A stretch of 64,000 nt of DNA. Source: an uncultured Thermomicrobiales bacterium. GTDB taxonomy: Bacteria; Chloroflexota; Chloroflexia; Thermomicrobiales; UBA6265. This document shows positions 56,132-64,000 of this stretch, in pieces. The stretch is from the NCBI GenBank assembly GCA_902806405.1, contig CADCWL010000001.1:8472-72471 (forward strand). Reading direction: 5' to 3'. Within the stretch, counting starts at the first letter, position 1. Each line of letters opens with the position of its first letter. The notes beneath the pieces were generated by a model, which was given only the letters and a program-made list of their open reading frames with translations, did no database searches and was not told the origin of the DNA. A program made the position numbers and the translations under genes.

Positions 56132-57680
56132 CGTAAGCCACCGCGTCGTCGAGGGGGTAGATCGGGCGGCGGACGCGGTGGTACGGGAACGCGGCGAGGT
56201 TCGAGCTGGACAGCCCGGACGTCTCGACCTCGATCACCGCCGCCGCCAGCGGCTCGAAGGCCGCGCGAAAGTGGACGCTCGACTTTACCGCCAGCACGCG
56301 GCGCGCGGTCGGCTCGACCCCGACGGATCGGAACAACTCGGGGTCGATCGCCGGCGCCCGTCGCTCGCAGACGACGACATCGACTCCCCCGACCGAGAGC
56401 AGGGCCGTCCGTCCCAGCCGGGTGGGTCCGCCGCTCGCCATCGGGCCGCGGGCAGTGAAGACGCCGTCCGTGAGCCGGAGGACGCGCGCCTCGAACTGGA
56501 TTACGTTGGCGCTGTCGCCGCCCAATCTGAAGGGAACACAAAAACCTTCCCCCGCCGCGATCGCGAGGGCAACCACGGTCGGCTCGGCGAACGCGGCGTA
56601 CGCCGCGCCGGGAACCCTCCGGGCGATCAGCCGGCCGAGGAGGGCCGTGCCGGTTCCGGCGGCGCCGGCGCCCGGGTTGTCTCCAACGTCGGCCAGGACG
56701 ACGGGTCCCGACGCGGAGAGACCGCCGAGGGCACGATCGATCGCGGTGTCGGGAGTGAGGCCCTCCCCCCGAAAGCGGTGCCGTCTATCCCAGATGGCGG
56801 CGGCCAACCCGTCGGCGAGCGCCGCGGCCAGCGACGGATCGTCGTCGGTCGCGACCCGGACGCTGACTCCTGCACCGGCGACGTCCGCATACGGGAAACC
56901 GCCGGCGACCGCCACGTCGGCGACCCCTGGCGTCCGGGTCAGCGCGGCGGCGCGGGCCGCCACCTCGGCCATCGGCGTCCCGCCCCCGGTCCGTTGGGGC
57001 GGGAGCGGGGCGAGCAGCGGCACCGGGCGGAAGGCGACCGCCGGCCGCGCCCCTCGCCGCTTGAGCCGTAGCAGGGCAGCGACCGCGTCCCGGCCGCGCT
57101 CCACCGTGTCGAGGTGCGGATAGGTCCGGTAGCCCACCAACAGATCCGCGGCGCGGACCATCGCCGTCGTCACGTTTGCGTGGAAATCCAGCGTGGCGAC
57201 AATCGGCACGGCGGTGCCAACGATCGTCCGGACTTCCTCAAGGAGACGCCCCTCCGGATCTTCCTCCCCCTCGGCGACCATCGCCCCGTGGAGCACCAGC
57301 AGGACGCCATCCAGCGGCCGCGGCCCGCGGTGGCGGGCGAGGAGACGGTCGATCAATCGGCGCCGCAGGGTATCCCACGCCACCCCCTCGACCAAGCCGG
57401 CCGGCATCGCGGAGGCAAAGAGGGTCGGTAACAGCAAGGCGCCGCGCGCGTCGGCTTCGGCGATCGCCCCGCCGAGCACGTTTCGGGCGCCGCGGTTGCG
57501 CCGAACCAGGTCCTCACCGAGCAGGTACGCGCGTCCGGCGAAGTCGTCGAGCGTCGTTCGTTGCGGTGAAAAGGTGTTCGTCTCGTGCGCAATCCCGCCG
57601 ACGGCAATGCGCGGCGCGGCCCACCGGCCGCCCAAGGCGGACTGGGCAGCGTAACTAGGGCCGGAAACGGATCGTGTCAT
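56124..57680 (-). CDS. M81-family metallopeptidase (MlrC-like; DUF1485 + MlrC_C)
   Basis: RIAVGGIAHETNTFSP N-terminal signature and matching overall length. ATG at 57680 after GAGGG. Confidence 0.82.
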   Translation of the reverse strand: MTRSVSGPSYAAQSALGGRWAAPRIAVGGIAHETNTFSPQRTTLDDFAGRAYLLGEDLVRRNRGARNVLGGAIAEADARGALLLPTLFASAMPAGLVEGVAWDTLRRRLIDRLLARHRGPRPLDGVLLVLHGAMVAEGEEDPEGRLLEEVRTIVGTAVPIVATLDFHANVTTAMVRAADLLVGYRTYPHLDTVERGRDAVAALLRLKRRGARPAVAFRPVPLLAPLPPQRTGGGTPMAEVAARAAALTRTPGVADVAVAGGFPYADVAGAGVSVRVATDDDPSLAAALADGLAAAIWDRRHRFRGEGLTPDTAIDRALGGLSASGPVVLADVGDNPGAGAAGTGTALLGRLIARRVPGAAYAAFAEPTVVALAIAAGEGFCVPFRLGGDSANVIQFEARVLRLTDGVFTARGPMASGGPTRLGRTALLSVGGVDVVVCERRAPAIDPELFRSVGVEPTARRVLAVKSSVHFRAAFEPLAAAVIEVETSGLSSSNLAAFPYHRVRRPIYPLDDAVAYGD

Positions 57681-57943
57681 CGACCCTCGCGCTGGATTGG
57701 CCGGCGGTGGCGGCCTCGGCTGTTCAACCGCTCGCGCGGCAGACGAACCGGCGCCGCGGGGCACCGACGACGGCGGGCCGCACTCGAGAGTCTTTGGGCG
57801 GGGACCGACCAGAGGATAGGGCATCCCCCGTTGCTCCGACAAGATGCGGGGACGGTGTGGATCACGGGCTCCCGGCGCCGGCCGCGCGCGAAGCCGAGGG
57901 GCGGACGAGTCACTGGAGGACCACTCCGGCTACCATTGGATCG

Positions 57944-60322
57944 ATGGTTTCCCCCCCTGCCATACCCTCGCTCCCGCGTCCGTCGACGGTGCTCTCGGAT
58001 GCGCTCGGGCTGGCCGCCGTGCTCGTCGTCACCGTGGTCGCCACCTGGCCGCTCGTGGTCGGTGGGACGGTGGTCGGACAGGACACCGCAGCCTTCTTCT
58101 ATCCCGTCTTCGTGGCGCTCGGCGATCGGCTCGTCGCCGGCGATGTACCCGGCTGGAACCCGCACCAGTTCGCCGGTGTCCCCTTTGCGGCAGACCCCGA
58201 ATCGGGGTGGATGTACCTGCCGGCAATGCTCCTCTTTGCCCTGCTGCCGGTTGCCGCGGCCGCCAAGGGATGGATGCTGTTCCACTTCCTCCTGGCTGGG
58301 CTGGGGACCTACGCCCTGGGTCGAGTGCTCGGTCTTGGGGCTCTCGGCGGGCTGACAGCGGCGCTCGCCTATGAGCTTTCGGGCCTGTTGTACGCCCGTA
58401 CCGTCTGCTGCCCGGCATACAGCCAGGTGGCGGCGTGGCTCCCGGCGCTTCTCCTCGTCGCGGAGATGGCTGCTCGGAGCCGAGGATGGGGGGGCCGTCT
58501 CGGCTGGTGGAGCGCCGGCGGCGTCGCCCTCGCCCACGTCTTCGTCGCCTGGCTGGGCCAGGGATCCTACTACGTCCTGCTCGCCTTCGGCGGGTTTATC
58601 GTCTATCGCACCGCGGTCGCGCCCCCGTGGCGCCACGCCCGGGCCGCCTCCCGGCTGGCGGCGACGGTGCTCCACGGTTCGGCGCCGGTGATCATTGGGC
58701 TCGGCCTCTCCGCGGCGGCCGTTCTGCCGCGCTTCGCCTACGCCGGGCGCACCAACCTCGCCAACGGCTACACCGGCGACCTAGCCTGGGCGGCGCGTCT
58801 CGGCGGCTGGGACCTCGCGATCACCATCGATCAACTCCTGAATCGCTCGTTCTACTACGTAGGCGGTGCGACGTTCTCCCTGGCGATCGTCGCCATGATC
58901 CGAGCGCGGGGGCGGCATGCGGCGCCCTTCTTCGCGGCGCTCGCGGCCGGCGCGCTGGTCCTCGCGCAGCGCGAGCCCACGTGGCTCCACCGGCCCCTCT
59001 TCGCGCTGCTCCCCCGCTTCGAAGAGTTGCATCGGCACTGGCCGGAGCGCGATATGGTCGTGTTCTTTCTCGGGCCGGCGATGCTGGCGGGCATCGGCGT
59101 TCACACGGTGGCGTCCGGGCGCGGTCCCCGATGGGTCTTGGCGCTCGCCGCCCTCCTCCCGACCGCGCTGATGGCCGGGCTGAGCCTTGGTCTCGCCCCG
59201 ATCGCCGGAACCGCCGCCCGGAGCGCCGCCGCCGTCGGTTTCCTCCTCCTCGCACTCGGTTCACCGTTCCCCCGGGCGCGACGGGCCGCGACGGCCATAC
59301 TCCCCCTCGTCGTGGCCGCCGATCTCCTCGCGATGGGTCGCGACAATCTCGACCACGGCCTCTACGGCGGCTTCCACAAGCTGGACCTGGACGCCTATTA
59401 CGCCCCGTCCCCGGCTGCGGCGTACCTCCAGAATCAATCGCCCGGCGGCGCCGGCCCGTCCCGGTTCTTCGGATACGACCCCGGCGTCCATCCTGGCGAC
59501 AGGACACCGCCCCTGTACCGGTACTTCTTTCCCGACCCGCGGGCGACGGCACTCCTCGTCAACAACCGGGCTACCGCACTCGGCCTCGAGGACGTGCAGG
59601 GGTACAACCCGGTCCAGCCTCGCCGCTACGTGGAGTACATGCGGGCGCTGAACGGCTTCGCGCAGGAGTACCACGAGGCCAACGTCTACCCTGCCGGCCT
59701 CGATTCTCCCCTGCTCGATCTGCTCAACGCTCGCCACGTCGTCGTCCCGGCCATCGTCCCACCGGACCGTCCCGATCTTCGGTCGCTCGTCGAGCGCTGG
59801 CCCCAGGTCTTCGCCGACGACTCGGTCCGCATTCTGGAGAACCCCGGGGCGCTTCCCCGTGCCTGGATCGTTCACGAGGCGCGCCAAGTCGCGCCGGGAG
59901 AAGCCCTCCCCCTGCTTGCGTCCGGCGCGGTCGACCCAAGCCGGGTGGCGCTGGTCGAGGAGGCGCCACCGGAACTTCTGCCACCGGTCGATTCTGCGGT
60001 GGACCGGGCGACGCTCCGCCACGCCGGCACCGATCGGCTCGCCGTCGCCGTCAACGCCGCCGCCCCCGGCCTGCTCGTCCTGAGCGAGACCGTCGACCCC
60101 GACTGGCGGGCTGAGGTCGACGGCGAGCCGGCGCCGATCCTCACCGCGAACCATCTGTTCCGGGCGGTGCCGATCCCCGCCGGCGACCACCTCGTCGAGC
60201 TCCGCTACGACTCGAGAACCCTCGCTGTCGGCAGTGCTGTGTCGCTCGTCTCCTACGCGGGGATCGTCACCAGCTGGCTGGCCGTTTTTTGGCGGCGTCG
60301 GAGAGGCGCTGGGCGGCGGTAA
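57944..60322 (+). CDS. YfhO-family polytopic membrane protein (putative glycosyl/lipid-linked polymer transferase)
   Basis: GQDTAAFFYPVFVALGDRLVAGDVPGWNPHQFAGVPFAADPESGWMYLP followed by many TM helices. The start is uncertain because no clear SD precedes 57944. Confidence 0.72.
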   Translation: MVSPPAIPSLPRPSTVLSDALGLAAVLVVTVVATWPLVVGGTVVGQDTAAFFYPVFVALGDRLVAGDVPGWNPHQFAGVPFAADPESGWMYLPAMLLFALLPVAAAAKGWMLFHFLLAGLGTYALGRVLGLGALGGLTAALAYELSGLLYARTVCCPAYSQVAAWLPALLLVAEMAARSRGWGGRLGWWSAGGVALAHVFVAWLGQGSYYVLLAFGGFIVYRTAVAPPWRHARAASRLAATVLHGSAPVIIGLGLSAAAVLPRFAYAGRTNLANGYTGDLAWAARLGGWDLAITIDQLLNRSFYYVGGATFSLAIVAMIRARGRHAAPFFAALAAGALVLAQREPTWLHRPLFALLPRFEELHRHWPERDMVVFFLGPAMLAGIGVHTVASGRGPRWVLALAALLPTALMAGLSLGLAPIAGTAARSAAAVGFLLLALGSPFPRARRAATAILPLVVAADLLAMGRDNLDHGLYGGFHKLDLDAYYAPSPAAAYLQNQSPGGAGPSRFFGYDPGVHPGDRTPPLYRYFFPDPRATALLVNNRATALGLEDVQGYNPVQPRRYVEYMRALNGFAQEYHEANVYPAGLDSPLLDLLNARHVVVPAIVPPDRPDLRSLVERWPQVFADDSVRILENPGALPRAWIVHEARQVAPGEALPLLASGAVDPSRVALVEEAPPELLPPVDSAVDRATLRHAGTDRLAVAVNAAAPGLLVLSETVDPDWRAEVDGEPAPILTANHLFRAVPIPAGDHLVELRYDSRTLAVGSAVSLVSYAGIVTSWLAVFWRRRRGAGRR

Positions 60323-60359
60323 ACAGCAATTTCCGTCCGAGCGAAACCGGCGCGGGACG

Positions 60360-61343
60360 TCAGCGGGCGACCGGCGTCCCGCGCGTGGACGGGGGAACTG
60401 GCGGCGGCGTGGCGATCGGCGTCGTGCTCGGGCAGGGATCGACCATTTGAGGGATCGTCACGAAGCGGTAACCGGCCGCGCGCAGGTCGCGCACGATCCA
60501 GGGGAGGGCGACGGCCGTGCTGTCGACGCTGGTCGACGCGTCGAGGTGCAGCTCGACGATCGCGCCGTCGTGGACCTCCCCGACGACCCGCTGGTAAACC
60601 TCGTCGGCCGTCGCGGCCGGGCTCCAGTCCTCGCTGCGAACCGTCCAACCGATAGGCAGAAAACCCTGGTCGGCGGCGATCGCGCGCACCCGGTCGTCGA
60701 TCGCGGCGGCGTAGGGGGTAAACCAGGGGCCGACCGGCACCCCCGCGGCCCGCTCGATGGCGGCCGTGGCCGCCGCCAGATCGGCCGCGACATCATCGTC
60801 CGCGCGGTCGGTCAGCTCGGGAGGAAGATGACCATGGCTGCCGAGCGGGTGGCCGTCCGCCACCATGCGCTGGACAAGGTCCGGGTTCTGCTCCGCCCAC
60901 CAGCCCATCAAAAACATCGTCGCCGGGACACCCTCCGCCTGGAGGGTGTCGAGGATCGCGCCGGCCGGCTCGTAACCGGAGCCGATGTTGAAGATCAGCG
61001 CCACCCGGTTGCAACCGGGGATCCCTTCTCGCAGCTCAGGCGCGGCCGATCCCGTGGTTGGATCGTAGAGGTAGGTGCGATAGACGAAGCCGGCCTCGCC
61101 GCGGTAGCGGACCGGCACGAACTCGTCGACCGGGACGCCCGTCACGATCACGGTCGCGTTCAGCGGGATCTGTCCGAGCACGGTACAGGCGATCCGGGGG
61201 CAGGCCCGAATATCGACGCGGTAGGCGCCGATCACGCTCGCGGAGGTCCCGTTGCTGGCGGCAAGCGAGGGTGGAGCGACCGCGACCAGGAGGAGGAGCA
61301 CGGCCAGGAGCACCGCTCGGCGGGTGGGGCGTCCACGGGCCAC
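60360..61343 (-). CDS. Secreted SH3b + CE4 (NodB-homology, PdaA-like) polysaccharide deacetylase-family protein with atypical catalytic motifs
   Basis: GTG at 61343, 7 nt after GGGAAGGAAG. Signal peptide RRAVLLAVLLLLVAVAPPSLAAS. SH3b-like YRVDIRACPRIACTVLGQIP..VRYRGEAGFVYRTYL. CE4 core ALIFNIGSGYEP..GHPLGSHGH..IVELHLD. Confidence 0.82.
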   Translation of the reverse strand: MARGRPTRRAVLLAVLLLLVAVAPPSLAASNGTSASVIGAYRVDIRACPRIACTVLGQIPLNATVIVTGVPVDEFVPVRYRGEAGFVYRTYLYDPTTGSAAPELREGIPGCNRVALIFNIGSGYEPAGAILDTLQAEGVPATMFLMGWWAEQNPDLVQRMVADGHPLGSHGHLPPELTDRADDDVAADLAAATAAIERAAGVPVGPWFTPYAAAIDDRVRAIAADQGFLPIGWTVRSEDWSPAATADEVYQRVVGEVHDGAIVELHLDASTSVDSTAVALPWIVRDLRAAGYRFVTIPQMVDPCPSTTPIATPPPVPPSTRGTPVAR

Positions 61344-61590
61344 CGGTGGGCTTCCTTCCCTGGCGACGAACGGGGCGGAGGCGACCGAACCGGCGCTTAC
61401 CGAGCCAAGGGGCGGCACGCCGTGCCGCCCGGGGCGATGGCCCGCGCGATTCACCGCCCGATCGTGCCGTCGCAGACCTAACAGGGTGGTCGGAACGGTC
61501 CTTCAGGGCATGATGCCCTACGTGGGCCGGCTTGCCTAGTGCGCGCACGACCCACCGCCGCGACGAGGGTGGGGTACCGGGCGGTCCGCC

Positions 61591-62616
61591 TCAGAGGGAG
61601 CCGCGGACGATGACGCCCCGGCCCACCTTGGCACGGTACATCGCGGCGTCAGCCTCCCGCATGATCGCCTCCGGGTCGCGTTGCCCGGGACGGCGGATGG
61701 CGACGCCGACGCTGGCGCTGAGCGCGATCGAGCCTTGGTCGAGGATGACCGGACGGCGCAGGGATGCCTCGACCCGGGCGGCGGCGGCGTCCGGCGCGAT
61801 CACGACATCCTCAATCAACACCGCGAACTCGTCCCCTCCGTATCGGGCAACGATGTCGGTCGACCGCACGCTGGACCGGAGACGGTCGGCGACGGTACGG
61901 AGCAAATGGTCGCCGCCGTGGTGGCCAAAGGCGTCGTTGACCGCCTTGAAGTTGTCCAGGTCGACGAAGAGGACGGCCAGTTCGCCCTGGCCGTCCGCCA
62001 CCCGGCCGGCGGCGGCGACGAGGCGCTCTTCGAACACGGCTCGGTTGGGGAGCCCGGTCACGTGGTCGTGAAACGCGAGACGGTGGAGGCGCTCCTCCTC
62101 GCTCTTGCGCTCCGTGATGTCCTGTAGGTTCAACGCGAAGACGGCCCCCGGTCCGTCCCCGCCGAGTAGCGAAAGGCCGAGTATCCCCCACCGCGCCGGC
62201 CCCCCTTCCGGCCGGTAGCGCTGTTCGAGCAGGAGGGGGGCGGAATCGACGGTCAGGCGATGGCACGCCTCGCCGAGATCGATCGGGGTCGGCTCCGCTT
62301 CGAGGAACGACGCCAGGTCGGCGCCCGTCAACCGGGCCTCGTCGATACCAAGCATGACCCGCAGCGCGGGATTCGCGAAAATGATGCGGCCATCGGCGGC
62401 GAGGAGCGCGACGCCCAGCGGCATGCACTGAAGGGCGGCACGAAAGAGGGCGTCGGTGTCGGCAAACACCCCTCCGGGAGTGCCGCCGTCCTCAAAGCCA
62501 GCGAGACGACGCGGGCGCCGTCGAACGGGACGTCCGGTCGCTTCAAGCGGTGGGGGAGGGTTGGAAGGCATGACCGCTGGGGGCCGACCGTCGAACAATG
62601 CGGTTGCGCTCCTCAT
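61591..62616 (-). CDS. PAS-GGDEF diguanylate cyclase
   Basis: RYGGDEFAVL active-site motif and a PAS-like LQCMPLGVALLAADGRIIFANPAL. ATG at 62616 after GGAAGGAG. Other starts are possible. Confidence 0.85.
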   Translation of the reverse strand: MRSATALFDGRPPAVMPSNPPPPLEATGRPVRRRPRRLAGFEDGGTPGGVFADTDALFRAALQCMPLGVALLAADGRIIFANPALRVMLGIDEARLTGADLASFLEAEPTPIDLGEACHRLTVDSAPLLLEQRYRPEGGPARWGILGLSLLGGDGPGAVFALNLQDITERKSEEERLHRLAFHDHVTGLPNRAVFEERLVAAAGRVADGQGELAVLFVDLDNFKAVNDAFGHHGGDHLLRTVADRLRSSVRSTDIVARYGGDEFAVLIEDVVIAPDAAAARVEASLRRPVILDQGSIALSASVGVAIRRPGQRDPEAIMREADAAMYRAKVGRGVIVRGSL

Positions 62617-62865
62617 GGCGAAGTTCTTCTCCTTCCACCAGCGGGGGCTGGGCAACCCCGTCCGACGCGCACCGGATCGCATCGGGTACGCATCCAGGAT
62701 GAAGGAGGAAGATCAGGGCCGCATCGTACAGATGGCGGATATCGTGAGGATGGGGCCGCCGCGGGTCCCACTACGTAAGATGACGTATGCGCCGCCGAGG
62801 AGGCTTGGCAAGTCCAGACCGACAAGCGGGGGCGACATCGGCACCCCATGTTTCCACGTTTCCAC

Positions 62866-64000
62866 TCAGAGCCTGGCGAAGACGTTGGCCACGTCGCTGG
62901 TCACTGTGCGCCGCCTGATGAAGAGCGCCGCCGCAGGCTCCGGATTGGAGCGGTCGGCGACAGTCAGCGCGAGCATCTCCGCCGCACGGAGCTTCAACGG
63001 TGACGGCTTGGTCGTCGGCGCGATCGCCTCGCGCTCGACGCCGGCTCGGTGGAGAGGGCGAGGGCCATCGCGTCCTCGCCCGCCTGCTTGCACGACAGTG
63101 ACCGGCGGCAGGGCGACGGCAGCAACTGCCGCCTCCCGATCGCGACCCGTGCCGTCCCCATTTGAGCGTCTTAACGCGGGCGGTAGGCCGGGGAATTGAG
63201 GTCCCCGCAAGCGTCCCGGGAGGCGGCGACGGCCTCCGAAATCGGGCGGCCTCCTCGGACCATCCGTTGGCGATTCCCAGGACGACCCGTTCCTTGAGAA
63301 GATAGGCGAGCAGGCGCCTGTCGCTCAGATCGTCCGAGACCATCACGAGGTCGGTTAGGGCGGTCCGCGCCGTTGCCGGGTCGGGCTGATCGACGGCGGC
63401 GGCGATGGGATGGAGGGTTTGCAGGATGCTCCGCCGATCGGTGACGGCGGGATAGATTGCGAGTGCCTCCTAGGAGAGGACCAGTGCGTGCTGGCGATCG
63501 CGAACGTGCAGCACCGCCCAGCCGAGGTTTTGCGGTGCGACGGCGAGGCCCTGTCGATCGCCGGTCGCGCGCCGATCGTCGAGCCTCTGCACGAAGAGGT
63601 CCCGCGTGCCGCCCGTCGCCCCACTTAAGCGCCGCCAAACCGAGGTTGCCGAGCTCATCGTTCACCCCGTCGACGTCGCCGATCGCGCGGAACCGCGCCA
63701 GGTTCTCGCCGTGCAGCTTCTCTGCCCGCGCGTAATCGTTCCGGTAGAGCGCGATCCATCCAAGATCATCGAGGGCTTGGGCAGCGCCGACAACGTCCTC
63801 CGCCCAATCGAAGACACGCAGGGCGTCCGTCAGGAGCACGTCCGCCCGGTCGTCGTCGCCCTACTCCCGGGCCGATGTGCGGGCCAGCCGTGTCACCCGT
63901 GCCACGTCCCGGTTCCCCGCGTCGGCCGAGCGCCGGGGCGGCGCCGAGCCAGGGGCGACCCTCGCCGATGTAGCCGTGCCGGTACCAGTACGGCACGGGG
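62866..64000 (-). pseudogene. Decayed LuxR-family regulator with TPR region (runs off the window end)
   Basis: A LuxR HTH remnant AEMLALTVADRSNPEPAAALFIRRRTVTSDVANVFARL ends at 62866. TPR-like text is spread over three frames. In-frame TAG codons occur at 63470-63472 and 63861-63863. Frame changes occur near 63600-63660 and 63100-63250. Confidence 0.6.

Overview
High-GC bacterial chromosomal window, densely coding, with about 50 protein genes. I found no rRNA or tRNA gene, CRISPR array, transposase or integrase by eye. GGAGG-type ribosome-binding sites and TTGnnn-N17/18-TAnnnT promoter-like boxes recur. The gene content (4-domain S1, ClpC, RadA, YumC-type FNR, Hanks kinase, YfhO, amidase_3 paralogs) suggests a Terrabacteria-type lineage. 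Actinomycetota and Chloroflexota are both plausible and cannot be separated here. Layout: polyprenyl synthase; a minus-strand run of TPP enzyme, nucleoside hydrolase, glycerate kinase, rluD, lspA and a dksA-like gene; murG; radA-clpC-rpsA; a glyoxylate-related aminotransferase/aldolase pair; trpS; a Ser/Thr kinase with a TPR lipoprotein; an MFS transporter; a peptide-type ABC importer lacking ATPase genes; a PhoR/PhoP-like two-component pair; an ABC exporter; a Crp-family regulator; an M20 peptidase; a Ppx/CHAD polyphosphate operon; an envelope operon (M81 peptidase, two MurNAc-L-Ala amidases, CapA); YfhO; a CE4/SH3b protein; a GGDEF protein; and a decayed LuxR/TPR regulator at the right edge. 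Candidates most worth follow-up: (1) a self-promoted two-gene cassette at 46829-47712, encoding a 77-aa protein that ends in Gly-Gly (ThiS/MoaD/ubiquitin-like hallmark) and an unassignable 175-aa single-Cys protein, with no E1 or sulfur-transfer partners nearby; (2) a 631-aa protein with an AMP-nucleosidase/PNP-like C-terminal domain behind a roughly 375-aa unknown N-terminal region; (3) a CHAD polyphosphate-binding domain apparently split into two translationally coupled half-domain ORFs after ppx; (4) a DnaC/IstB-like protein with both Walker motifs degenerated; (5) a PdaA-like CE4 deacetylase with several catalytic motifs substituted. All calls rest on reading the sequence and ORF translations and on motif recall. 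No similarity search or structure prediction was run. Start codons are inferred from SD spacing and are less certain than gene identities.
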